Origin: Lama guanicoe
Lineage: Eukaryota
Assembly: GCA_013239625.1 (NCBI GenBank)
Contig: MU054323.1
Coordinates: 16,868,029-16,932,028 of the forward strand
Direction: 5' to 3'
DNA length: 64,000 bases
The position numbers and the translations under genes were made by a program. Positions 27,901-39,422 of this stretch are shown one piece after another. Position 1 is the stretch's first letter. Each line of letters opens with the position of its first letter. Below the pieces are notes generated by a model. That model saw nothing but the letters and a program-made list of their open reading frames with translations. It was not told the origin of the DNA and did not search any database.

Positions 27901-30900
27901 AAAAAATAAAGCAGGTTAAGGGAAACGGATGGAAATGCACCATTTCACAAAAGAATGGTCAGGCAAGGTTTCTTTAATAAGGAGACATTTGAGCAGAGAA
28001 CTAAAAGAAGTGGCTATCTAGGAGAAGAGGTGAAAACATTAGTAACTTTCTCATTCCTTGAAATAATTTGTTGTATGAAATAATTTTAGGTATTCTACCT
28101 CTTACCAGAGAAAAGAGAAAAACACTTGGAGTACCTACTCTGTGCTATTAACTATGTAATCCTCAAAATCACTTTGTGGAATAGCTACGAGTTTCCTTGT
28201 TTGTATGAAGAAGGACACTGAGGCTTAGTTTAAGCAATTTGCAAGGACGTACATTTTGTAAGTAATCAAATCAGGATGCATACTCAGGTCTCTGTCAGAT
28301 CCGTCATCTTCCAACTAAGCCAAATGAGCATGTTTGCTGAATAAACAGAAGTTAATTCTTACGTTTTTAAGATTTTTAGAAAGGTGAGAAAAGTTACCAA
28401 CAATACAATTTGTTTAGAAGCAGACAAGTTTCTCATCTTCATAACATATCTTGGCATACAGCTGTATTTCCCTTTACTTTTTCCAAAAATTTCCTTGTCA
28501 AAACTTAATCATTTATAATCAGCAAATCATTTTTATAAGCCCCCAACATTTGGGAAACAATTTTTTCTTTGTAAGCTTTCTAGAAGGGCAGATTTTAAAT
28601 TGTAGACTTTTGAAATGTAAGATGCAATAAAATTATATTCTCCCATTTTTGGTAAGATATGCATTCAGTTCATTGTGTCATATTCACTGACTCCTAACAA
28701 TGCTCCACAAACCTACACAGTGTTATGAACTGAGGAAGGTTTCCCCACCCTACCTACTTCAAATTAGTAATCAGAGAGCAAGGCGCTATGCTAGATGCTA
28801 GGAAAGTACAACTCACTACTAATAGTCCTTACTCTCAAAGTTCTGACATGAACAAGTATAAAAGGACAGTATAAAGAAAGAGCTACATTGGATTATTCAA
28901 ACTAGGGTTACCAATGAATACATCCTGGAGAAGGCTGCTTCTCTCTGAGCCCTGAGAATCAAATTAAGCTAACCTTAAAAGTTTAGGCTAAGAATATTAT
29001 CATGAGGAGAGCCACGGAAGATTTTAAAGCAGAGTGATAGGATCAAAGCTGTGCTGCAGAGATAAACTGAAAGTGGTGAGAGAGTAAGAAGAATAATGAG
29101 TTTAAAAACAGGGAAATCAGATATAAGGCAACTGGAAGAGCCTGAGCAAGAGGAGAAAAGCCGAAAGTCAAGAGGTGACAGTAAAAATAGAAAGATGCAT
29201 GCAAGAGCTAGCTAGTTCTTCAACATCCTTCTTTGGAGCAGGCAACAGATAACACTAAATTATTCCATATTTTTTTTTTACAAAGGACATTCTCTTTTCT
29301 TATAAGCCTTTATAAAGTGACAATGCACTAAATTTCCATTTCCAAAAGTATTATTGGTACAGTGACTCCAAGGTTTTGTAACACAGTGACCACAAATCCA
29401 ACAAAACCAGAATAAATTGCCTTGATTTAGGCAAACAGTTTAACCGTTTTCTTTGTGGCCCCCAAATTAACTCTGTAGTAAGTTAAAAGACATTAAACTA
29501 ATAGAAGAGCTATTGAAATTTAGGATAACCAGTTAGCAAAGGAGTTATTAAAAGAAAAACACACACAAACTTAAATTTAGAATAGAGTTTTCATGACAAA
29601 TCTCAAATAGGTATCTGCCAAGACTCTGGAAATAAGACACTGAGTTCCATTTTGCTACCACTCTACCTCATATGACTTATTACAGCAGCAGTTTTAAAAA
29701 AAAAAAAAGAAAGAAAAACAAAGTATACACTCAAATCCCAACCCTGGCCCAGTAGAGGCAAAATTCCTACTAAGAGAGCAACTATAAAAAGGGAATAGTG
29801 CCAAAGAGAGACAAATAAACATCCTTCCAGCTAGATAAAATGTGGCTAATTTTTAAAAAACAAAAGGGATAAGAGAGTCAAAGGTTCTAACTATACTCTC
29901 CTTTTGTCTTTCTCTAGTTTGGAGATTTTAAGTACATGTCAGGATTCCTGGTGGTAGAGAAACACACATGCTCAAAAATAAGGGCAGGGAGCACACATCT
30001 TTACAATTTTTATGAAGCCACATTTGGAGGACTATTCAGAGAGTTTTTCCAGGAATTATTCAGTTATTTAAATCAATTCTTTGCTCTATTTGGCCACAGA
30101 AAAACAACCCACTTCCCTTTTTATTAAGCATGCTCTTAACACATTTGATCTTTCATTTCAGTTGCTTCTAATTGCTTTTAAAGACTTTTTAAGCATCCCT
30201 TTTAGAAAAATTCTTAGAAAGCAGGGACAAGTGCTCTATTTTATAAAAAGCATCCCAACAAAATGCCTACCTTTTTATCATCAAACAAGTGATAGATCCT
30301 ACAACTGTGCTGAGACCCACCAATCTTCAAGGCCTGACACGCCCAACCTCCCCCATGAAGTCTTCCTCAACAATACTAAGACACGGTAATTTCTACCTCT
30401 GAAATTGTAAACTTAATGATAAACTTTACTCATGAATATGCATAAGGTCTCTCTGACCTTCCATCCACATGAAAGCTTAGTAACAGGGATCTGTTCTACA
30501 CTTTTCTATGTAGGAATTCATTACAAGCAACAGAAAAGTTTTTTTTATTAAGATAGGTGCTCCATATGTCAACATAACATCAAGACAAAGCTAGTTCTTT
30601 GTCTAAATATGGTCCTCTACCTGCCTGCCCTACTCCAGGTCTCTACTCCCAAAGAAAATTAATCCCAGCCCCGTCAGATACTCCTTTACCCTGAGAAGGA
30701 ATAAGTTTCTTTGTACATTCAACACATTCCAAGTGCTTTTAAGACATTTTCTTTAAACTTAAATGCCTAAAGTAGGTTTTTTTCAGTTAAGGAAGCTGAA
30801 GCTTGGTGAAGGTGGCAGTGATGTGAACCCAGCTCCTAAGCATGAAGCTTCTACAGTATACTGGGCACTGAAGCAGACGCCCATACTCTGGTATTAAAAA

Positions 30901-31155
30901 AAAAAGACAGGAATAAACAATCAATATCTCACAAAGAATTGAAAACAGTAAAAAGAAAGAAAACAAAAAACCAAAAACTCCAGTGGGATACCTAAGGATT
31001 CAGAAGAGACTAGCACAAGCACTAAGTTAGTAAGTTGACAGTCATTAAGAAAAACACTCATACAGACCCACTTTAAATGCTTTTAAAACATACTATTCTC
31101 CTCCCCTCAAAACACCCCCACAAAATTAAAAGACAAACATGAAAAAGAATTTCTT

Positions 31156-31254
31156 CACAAGGTCCTTGGTTCAATCCCCAGCACCTCCATTAAAAGGTGA
31201 ATTTTGTGGTATGCGAATTTTCTTTCAAAAAGCTATAAGCAAACTTTTTTTAAA
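31156..31254 (+). mobile_element. 5'-truncated SINE fused to an L1-like tail, within one TSD
   Basis: B-box half (cacaaggtccttggttcaatccccagcacctcca) followed by aaggtgaattttgtggtatgcgaatt. TSD AAAAAGAATTTCTT at 31142-31155 and 31255-31268. Confidence 0.7.
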
Positions 31255-31734
31255 AAAAAGAATTTCTTGTACGCAAAACGACTTTTACAAAAACAAGAGG
31301 AACACTGACAGGCACTGAGAAAAAATGCAATTTTCTCATTTAAAGAAAAAGAATTCACATTCAATTACCATATTAAAATTTAAACATTAACTGTAATCAA
31401 AGAAATGCAAATGAAACAGTGAGATCCCCATTTTTCCTGTGTGTTAACATTAATTTTTAATTAACAACACCCACTTCTGAATAGGCACAAATCCAACCTT
31501 AATGGAAAGAGACTAAATGGGTACAATCTTCCTGAATGGATTTGCTGATTGTGTATCTTCAATCTTGAAAATGTACAGGGCATTCGACCCAGCAATCTAC
31601 TCTTAAGAGTCAAGGTTTATCTATAAAGATGTTTAACCAGCAACAGTGACAAGAAATAACCCCATAACCAAGAGGAGTTTTAGTTAAGTAGTAGTATAAT
31701 GCCATTTTAAAAATCATGTTGTTAACTTAAAAGA

Positions 31735-32210
31735 CGTATTTCTAAATGAAAGAAGCCAGTCTGAAAAGGCTACAAACTGTATGATTCCAACCAAATGACA
31801 TTCTGGAAAAGGCACAGCTACAGAAACAATAAAAAGATCGTGGTTTCCAGGGGTTTGGGGACAGGGAGCGAAGAATGAACAGATGGAGCACAAGGGATTT
31901 TTAGGGCAATGAAATTATTTTGTATGATACTATAGTTGTGGCTACATGTCACTATGCATTTGTCAAAACCCATAGAATGTACAGCATCAAAAGTGAACCC
32001 TAATGTAAACTAAGGACTTTGGTTGATAATAATGTGCCCATGTTGGTTCATCGATTATACCAAATATGCCACACTGGTGAAGGATGTTGCGGGTAGGGGA
32101 GTAGATATATGTGTGGGTGGGGAGGGCTATATGGGAACTCTCTGTATTTTCTGCTCAATTCTGTTGTGAACCTGAAATTGCTCTAAAAGAATAAAGTCTA
32201 TTAAAAAAAA
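31735..32210 (+). mobile_element. L1MC/MD-like 3' UTR
   Basis: gaaagaagccagtctgaaaaggctacaaactgtatgattccaac...gtgaaccctaatgtaaact...tgtgaacctgaaattgctctaaaagaataaa. Confidence 0.8.
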
Positions 32211-35200
32211 TGTTGTAGAGATTATCTAATCAAATAGGGAAATACAATATGAAATGAAAAAGTAAGTTACAAGACTACAACAAGATCCCAATCTGGGAAA
32301 AATTAAATTAGTCATTTAAAAAAGGATGTATACTAAAATGTTAGCAGTGGTTACCAACAGTTGGTATGATTTTTACTTTCTTTTTTCCTTTATTAGTATT
32401 TTTCAAAGTGTCTACAAAGATTCACTGCTTTTGAAATTAAACTGTAAACTTTTTTGACAAAGCAATAATTATCATATTACTTGATTGCCTGATTAGGTTA
32501 ACAGTGATCACAAGCCCTGTTCAATCACAAATTTAGTTGTAACTTAAAGGCAGTAAATTTGTATCTTAATATCCAGTTGTAAGACATTTGTTATCAGCTA
32601 CATTGCTCAACCTTCCCAAGGACTTTTAGCCTACTTCAGAATTTTTTGAGAAAAATACCTAAGTGCATGGCCCTTTTCCTGCAATAAAAAACCTCTTGAC
32701 TCTAAACAAAAATTCCACATAGCCTGCTCATATTGTCATATCTATTTTAGTGCTGCTGAAAAGAAAACAGCAATTTCTGATGATTAATAACTGTCGTCAA
32801 AAAATCTAAGAACCTGGGTGATTTCTGTGTCAAAATTTCTCTCTGACTTATCATTCAAAACTCAACTCCCCCACACCATTCTGATAAAAGTGAACTTAAT
32901 CCAACTTTTAATATCTCAGAAATCAATTCACTCAAATATGAAAAGAGCAGCTTGTTGAGTGTGCCAATTTCACCCCCTTTAAGAGTTTCTTTATAGAAGG
33001 CTTTAAAGTTTCTAAAGTGCCTTCATGGATTATCTATTTAATAAATTTTTTTTTTAATTTTAATTTTAAAAAGAAAGACCTACAAGTTTACTAGGGTAGA
33101 TATTAACCACCAGAAAGGAAAAAATATTCCATTCAGAAGGCCATAGGAAGTTTGCAGAAATTAAAAGTCTTTGGTTAAAGTAAGGACTCTACAGTTAATG
33201 CTAATTACACGAAGGGGAAAAAAGCTTTTTATGGGATCCATAATTGGTGTGGTTTCAAGTCAGTCTTTTTTTAGGCATTCTTGTGCGTTCTTGTGCATAA
33301 CAGACGTAAATTAGATTTTGCACATTTACTGTTTGAAAAGCCAATGCACTCTACTTGAAAACTCTCATAACCTTAACTAAAACATTAATTCATATTGAAT
33401 TCCATAACTGAAACAAATAATTTCAGAAGACTATTTCACCGCATGATTAAATGATTCTCTAAAATGCAAATTAAAATAAGGATAGCTGAGAAGCATGAAT
33501 GTATATTTTTATCTTATAAAAACTGAACAAAGAGCTTTCAAGTCACCAATTTTAAAAATTAAATGTGTAATTCAAAGTCTCAGTCTTAACCACACATTAT
33601 AGTAATAACTACCATCAAATAGAATGTTTGCCAGTGGGTTAAGCACATTTATTCACATTTAATACAATAACTCATGAACACATTATCAGCATTTTACAAA
33701 TAAAGTTAAAAATTTATCCACCACCCTTGCCCAAACTAAACCTGTGTCCACATTACAGGGAAAAAAATTTTTAAGACTTTCTGATTGCAAAATACACATA
33801 TATAATAGAACAAGTAGTCAAACTGGTAAGTTCTTACTTATATGTTACTGTGTCTCACACACAGCTTTACAATCAACAAAACACTTGTACTGTATCACCT
33901 CTTTTGTTTCCCACAACAGCCCGTATGGGATTATTATCACTACTGTAAGGGGTTTCAAGACTCAGAGTTTAAATGAAGTCACTCAGCTTTTGATTCCACA
34001 TTCTTTTTTCCACTACACTATCTTGATTCTCTATGATTAAAGAAGCACTGCCCCCACCGAGTGTTATGCAATAAAAAGGTGAAATGTACTAGAGATCCAG
34101 ACAAGCACCTTTCACCAATAAGTTATTAGTCACTGGTTATTTTGATGCCAATCATAGAAATACAAGTTGTACAAACAGTTTTTATTAAACTGGTACTTTA
34201 GCAAGGGAATCCCCTAAATTCTACTTGTACTGAACAGCAGACTAACCCCAAAGTCTACTTTATTTATTCTTCTACTTCTTTCTACCATAGCCACCTTTTC
34301 CCTTCCTACTCTTAGTGACTTGCCCTATTTTTAGTTTTAAACTGCCCCCATCTTCTCACCAGTATGATTTCAAACTTCAACAAAGTGTGACCCAGTCATC
34401 TCTAATTATATGTGATAATTTACAATGAATAAAGGTGCCTACCCTCCACCAAATCTGATGAGCAGTAAGAGTACCTCTGAGTAGTTTCTGCAAGTGTAGA
34501 CTAAGTCACAATCACTCCCTTTAATGGGAGTAACTTAATTTTCTCACAGGAAGGTTTCAAGAAATAAAATCAGAGCAAGATGTTTAAAGTACTTTATAAA
34601 GTATCAAGTATTATCCAACTGACTTCATAGTTTCAGTTTGGTGGTTTTTTTCCCTGGATATCCATTTTTAAAACTATGGAGAAAGCCCTCAATAGTTCTT
34701 CTGTATTATGGGTAGTGAAGAAGAGTAAAAGATAGGAAGAAACTTACACGAGTAATGAATTCATTGGGGAATCAAATTTACATAGAATATATTCTATATT
34801 CGCATTTATCTTCCTTAGTTAAATAATGCCCAAGAAAATAAATAATACAATCCCCAAATGGTTACACATCAGAATACCATTACACTTAAAAAAAGAGGGG
34901 GGGGAATAGCTGTCCCTGCACCCACCCTAGAGAAAAACTCCTTCTGTAAAGCTATAAATCACCATTACAAAAAAGTTGAACTTCTATTCCTACCCCTTCC
35001 ATTTCTGGCTCTTTGACAGCCTGCCAAACAGCTTTGCTTACAATTGTGTATGTCAAAAAAAAATCTTTCAATTAAGTATAAACAAATTTTTTAAACATAC
35101 CTTATTACTAGGTCTCACAATTTAAAAAATATGTCTTGAACGCCAGCATCAAACTAGGTGACAGTCCTCCAGGTATACTTTGAGCAGCTGCTTAAAGGCA

Positions 35201-36073
35201 GACGAATGGAAAACGCACAATTTTGGAAAAGATCTAACAACTTCAAGAAAGTTACTTTCATTTATGAAAATTAAAAAACTTCAACCTAAAGTTAAAACAC
35301 AGGGGCAAACTAAAAGTGAATCTGAAAATAGGTGCACTCAACTTAAGGCCAGAATCTCATTTTAACTCATGGTTTACTTGCCCTCTAATAAATACCTCTT
35401 TATTGTAAGGCAACTCCTTCTTCCCCAGTAAAGAATTTTGAAGGATTTCAAAACATTTTACTAAATAGATTTAATCACATCCACAAATTCTTATCATTCC
35501 ACAGTCATTAATACAGAAGAGTTCGTAAGTGCTTTAAAAAGGTCTTATATTTCTAAAAAGAGTAAGCACTTCTCTTTAAGAGACACAAAGCATCTTCCTA
35601 AGACTACTACTAGAGTGGCACCTGACTCATCCCAACTCAGCTCTTCAACTTTTATCCAGAAAGCAGGAGACAGTTTCTACATCTAAAATTAGATGAGTCT
35701 CTACTCATTCACAGCCTGTTGGTTTTTACTTTAAACACAAATCTTCATAAGTTTATTGGGTTTTTAATGTAGTAATGGATGACTCGGAGCAAATTAGCAG
35801 GGAGAGGGACTATTTTAGGCAGTCATTTGATAGGAATGGCTATCAAGTGAAGGACTAACTCCACACCAAAAAAAAAAAAAAAGACAAACATTTGACTAGC
35901 AGAGCATTTAATAAATGATGAACCCCATTTATCAAGTTTTAAGAACTGCATTTCACCTCCATGTGCCACAGCCTAAAAATGACGTTCATAACCATGCATC
36001 ATAAAGCTATGCTTCTCCTAATAAGGTAAGCACATTAAACACTGTGCAACTACATCTAAAACGGTTATTTTAA

Positions 36074-36210
36074 GTTTTTTTTAAAACTCATATATGTATT
36101 TTCTTTGGGGGGAGTAATTAGGTTTGTTTATTTTTAAAGGAGATACTGAGGATTGAAACCAGGAACTCATGCATGTTAAGCACGCCCTCCACCACTTGAG
36201 CTATATCCTC
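36074..36210 (-). mobile_element. tRNA-Ala-derived SINE
   Basis: Reverse complement of the same SINE consensus. Perfect 18-bp direct repeat CTAAAACGGTTATTTTAA at 36056-36073 and 36211-36228. Confidence 0.85.
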
Positions 36211-36667
36211 CTAAAACGGTTATTTTAAATAAATGAGCATGCGCACCCCCAAGGTCCAAAAAAGCTAAACTAACCAATCCATCAGCATTCCAGAACAACT
36301 AATTACTTGAGACTTCCAAACAGAAGAGATTTAAGGCAACTCTCTCTTCTCTACTAGCATTTTTCCTATGTAAACAGTTCTATCAAGTGCTTCGGTTGGC
36401 AAGAAATAATAAAATAAGCTTTATTTCCTGTTTGTCCCCTTAGCAAAACTCTAGTTTGTCATCACCTCTGACCTACGTTCAACACGTCCAAGGGTTATCG
36501 TGAATGACAAAGGATTTTTCACATAAACTTTTCTATTAAAGTGAGTCTTCATGGCTAATATTTTATCAAAATGTTTCACATCTTATCCCACAAAACCTTT
36601 ATCACATCTGAAAAACACAGTTCATATTTAGTGTAGTTAATAGACTCTATGCCACAGCCATACTAAC

Positions 36668-36727
36668 CTAACCATAAGCTTTTACTATTTACAAGCCTTT
36701 GAAAAACTTTATGCCTTTAAGTACCAT
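36668..36727 (-). other. ATL2: Candidate alternative ATL2 5' exon (1c) with a disrupted reading frame
   Basis: ATG frame reads MVLKGIKFFKGL*. A shifted frame reads QRLVNSKSLWL+G into the donor TAG|GTTAGT. Together these resemble a human ATL2 isoform N-terminus recalled from memory. Confidence 0.5.
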
Positions 36728-37159
36728 CAAAATTCTCAATCAGGATTTCAGGCTTTCAATTCACACCACAGAGAAAGATTAAATGCTAAAGTCCTAAAAA
36801 TAGGGGCTTTATGAGTGAGGGAACCACAACACGCCGCCCCAAGGCGAACCCGTCTTCCAAGGGGCAGGGGCGCTCCTCGTACACGTACAGTAGGAGCTCA
36901 CATTCAGTAAGACCGGGAGCGAAGGATCAGGTGACTTCACACCACCGGCACTTTCAGTGTGACCGGGCCATGCTGTGGTCTGAGTACTAGTAGACGGCTC
37001 ATAACCCCAGTTTGACAACTAAATCTTAACTTGTATCCCAGCTCCGTGCTACCCGCGTGAATGGGGTCCAGGAACCAAGGGGCCCTGGAACGCGAGCGCC
37101 CGAGCCTGGCCTGCGGACTGCGGTTCCCTTTTGGAAGGGTGTCTGGAGAGTTCTCCGAC

Positions 37160-37220
37160 CTGTCAGCGAGGTGTCTGCTCCTCCCGCGGGCTGTGCGTCC
37201 TCCTCCTCCACGGGGCCCAT
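37160..37220 (-). CDS. ATL2: Candidate alternative first coding exon of ATL2 (1b)
   Basis: GCG ATG G Kozak context. 20 codons (MGPVEEEDAQPAGGADTSLT) plus one G, then CAG|GTCGGA. The 61 nt length gives phase 1, compatible with exon 2. Confidence 0.55.
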
Positions 37221-37700
37221 CGCGACCTGGTTAACCCTTCCTCCCTTTCCGAGCGAGGGACAGTAGGCAGCGAGTGTCCGCCAGGTGACAGGTCGCCCGG
37301 CCGCGTACGGAGCTCCCCAGGACAGAGCCGCGCCGCCGCCGACCTGCCCGCACCCCGGGTCTGCGGCCCCGGCTCAAGGCCGCCCCCTCAGGTCGGGGCG
37401 GACGCTACGGCAGCCACGCGGCGGGCGGGCAGGGGGCCGGGCCGGGCGCAAACGCGCGCGCCGCCCGTTCGCCCGACAGCTGCGGGAGCCACGGCCCAAG
37501 AACCGCCCTTTCAGGCCGCGCGCCGCGGGAGCACGGGGTGAGGCGGGGGCTAGGCCTGACGGTCAGACGCGGCGGCGGGAGGAGGGCTGAGCCAGCCGCG
37601 GACGACGACCCCGCCGCCTGCGGCCGGTGCCCGCGAGCCCAGAGCGGCCCGCGCCCTCTCCCCACCTGGGCCCTGCGGCCTCCGCCCCGCCGGCCCGTAC

Positions 37701-37818
37701 CTAGGAGGGTCGTGGACGAGACGTGGTTAACCGCGGTGCTTGGGTCGCTGGTCCGCCTCCGGCGTCGCAGCCCCTGGTGCGGCTGCTGCCTCCGCGCTGC
37801 CTCGTCCCCCTCCGCCAT
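37701..37818 (-). CDS. ATL2: Atlastin GTPase 2, coding exon 1 (118 nt, phase-1 donor)
   Basis: ATG at 37818 in strong context (AAGATGG). Encodes [39 protein letters not shown]+G, matching the ATL2 N-terminus. Donor TAG|GTACGG at 37700. Lies inside the CpG island. Confidence 0.95.
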
Positions 37819-37822
37819 CTTG
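37812..37822 (-). promoter_or_regulatory. YY1-like motif overlapping the ATL2 start codon
   Basis: CAAGATGGCGG on the minus strand. YY1 motifs commonly overlap the Kozak sequence in housekeeping genes. Confidence 0.45.
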
Positions 37823-37847
37823 TACCGATTTAAAATTAACTCCCCAC

Positions 37848-37855
37848 TGACGTCA
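37848..37855. promoter_or_regulatory. Full palindromic CRE (CREB/ATF site)
   Basis: TGACGTCA about 30 nt upstream of the ATL2 ATG, inside the CpG island. Confidence 0.6.
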
Positions 37856-39422
37856 AACGCCGCCGCCGCTTTATCAACCTCCCAGGAGCAGGCAGAGCAA
37901 CGACGGGTCCTAGCGCCGCCCGCAGCCCGGGCCTCCTTGTCCTCCCCACGCCCTCCTTCGTCCCGCCCATCGGCGCCCTCGCTCCGCCTCCGTCCTGCTT
38001 GCCTGCCTGCTTGCCTGCCGCTCGATTTTCCCAGCCTTCCACTTCTGGCAGAAATTGGGCGGCGCCCCCACTGCGACCGTCTCACACCCCGATCGCCCTA
38101 AACTCAGTACCACACCCCCTTAGTTCTGGGCTGGTCTGGGTAAACGGACAAAGGGTCTCCGGAGAACAAATTCCCTCCTTCCCAATTTAGAAACCCAGTT
38201 CTCTTCACAGCACCTCTCTGTAATCAATGACTCGTGCATTGCACGTGAGGTTGCTTTCATACTCCTTTCTCCCCTTCTCATCCCCCACCTCCGCCCCCAC
38301 AGCTATTCTCCCACCTTCCTCCCTCGCTTTCCTGTACTCCCGAGCTATTGCTTGTGCCCTGCTTCTCCTCTTGATCTTTCCTCGCACAAGTCTCTAATGT
38401 TATTAGTTTCACATCCAGAGCCCATCCTACAGTTTGCCATAGCCCCGTTCTACTTAGGAGACACTACTCCTGTCTTCTCAACGGTGCATACCCCTACCCT
38501 CCTGCTACCAGCACCTTGCAGCGGCCAGCCAGAAAGCACTCTAATCAGAAAACGACTTACAGCAGGTCCTTTCCCAACTGTGTTGAACCTTCTTGTGGAG
38601 ATCCAGTAACATCCTATAGAAAGTTCAGGTTACTTTTAAAAATACACATCAGCCTCTCTGTAGTCTTCTGTGAACTGTGATCCCTATTGTTTTGGATTTT
38701 TACCAGTATCACCAGCTGCATGAGAAATTCCCTTTTCTGCGGTAAAAAGCATGTATCCATATGTCCATATCGCTTGTCCAGGTTTCCTCACAGCCTTTCA
38801 TCCTGCATGACCTCTAGGAAAGCATTGGTGTCATCGAAGCTTACAGGGTGACTTCTAGATGGATTTTTGTTAGGCTGTTTGTTTATTCATCTGTTTATTA
38901 ATGGAAAGGGATTTGGAGCTCCTCCTAGACTTCCTAACTCATTGTATCCTAGTTCGATGCCCCTGGGGCAACCTAAACCCCAAGTCATAACCCCTGCTTG
39001 ATGATGGATTTCCTTTCATAATCTCCCTATGAGGCATCTATTTAATACTGCCCACAGTCTGCTTTATGCAGGGTGTCATCTAAGGCGTGAGAAGTGGTGC
39101 AGAGATGAGTACTTTGGTTATCAAAGAATGAACTTCCAGTTAGAATTAGCAGTTAACTGAGCACGCCCCATCAGGGATCTCCTCTCCCCCACAACTCCTG
39201 CCAGAGAGTTAAGGCTGCACTGCCAGTCAGCTGACCTCCTAACTGGTGTCCTTTCCACTATTAGACACTGTTTATCTCATAGGAGAGGTCCAAAGCTCCT
39301 GACTCCAAGGAGTGTAGAGAGGCCAAACACAAGTACAGTCAAGAGATTGAGAACTGTCCCATGGTCACCTCAAATTTAAAAGGCTTTCCCCTATTTTCCT
39401 CAGTCAGCCATCCCCCTTCAAC

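Larger units (their letters stand above)
36820..38170. promoter_or_regulatory. CpG island / ATL2 promoter region
   Basis: Abrupt rise in GC and CpG density around exon 1 compared with the AT-rich, CpG-poor flanks. Several GC boxes (CCGCCC). Confidence 0.9.

Noticed and set aside
37131..38190. Several overlapping 60-226 aa ORFs in the CpG island
   Set aside because: Stop codons are scarce in GC-rich DNA. Only the exon 1 part (and possibly 1b) has homology and splice support.
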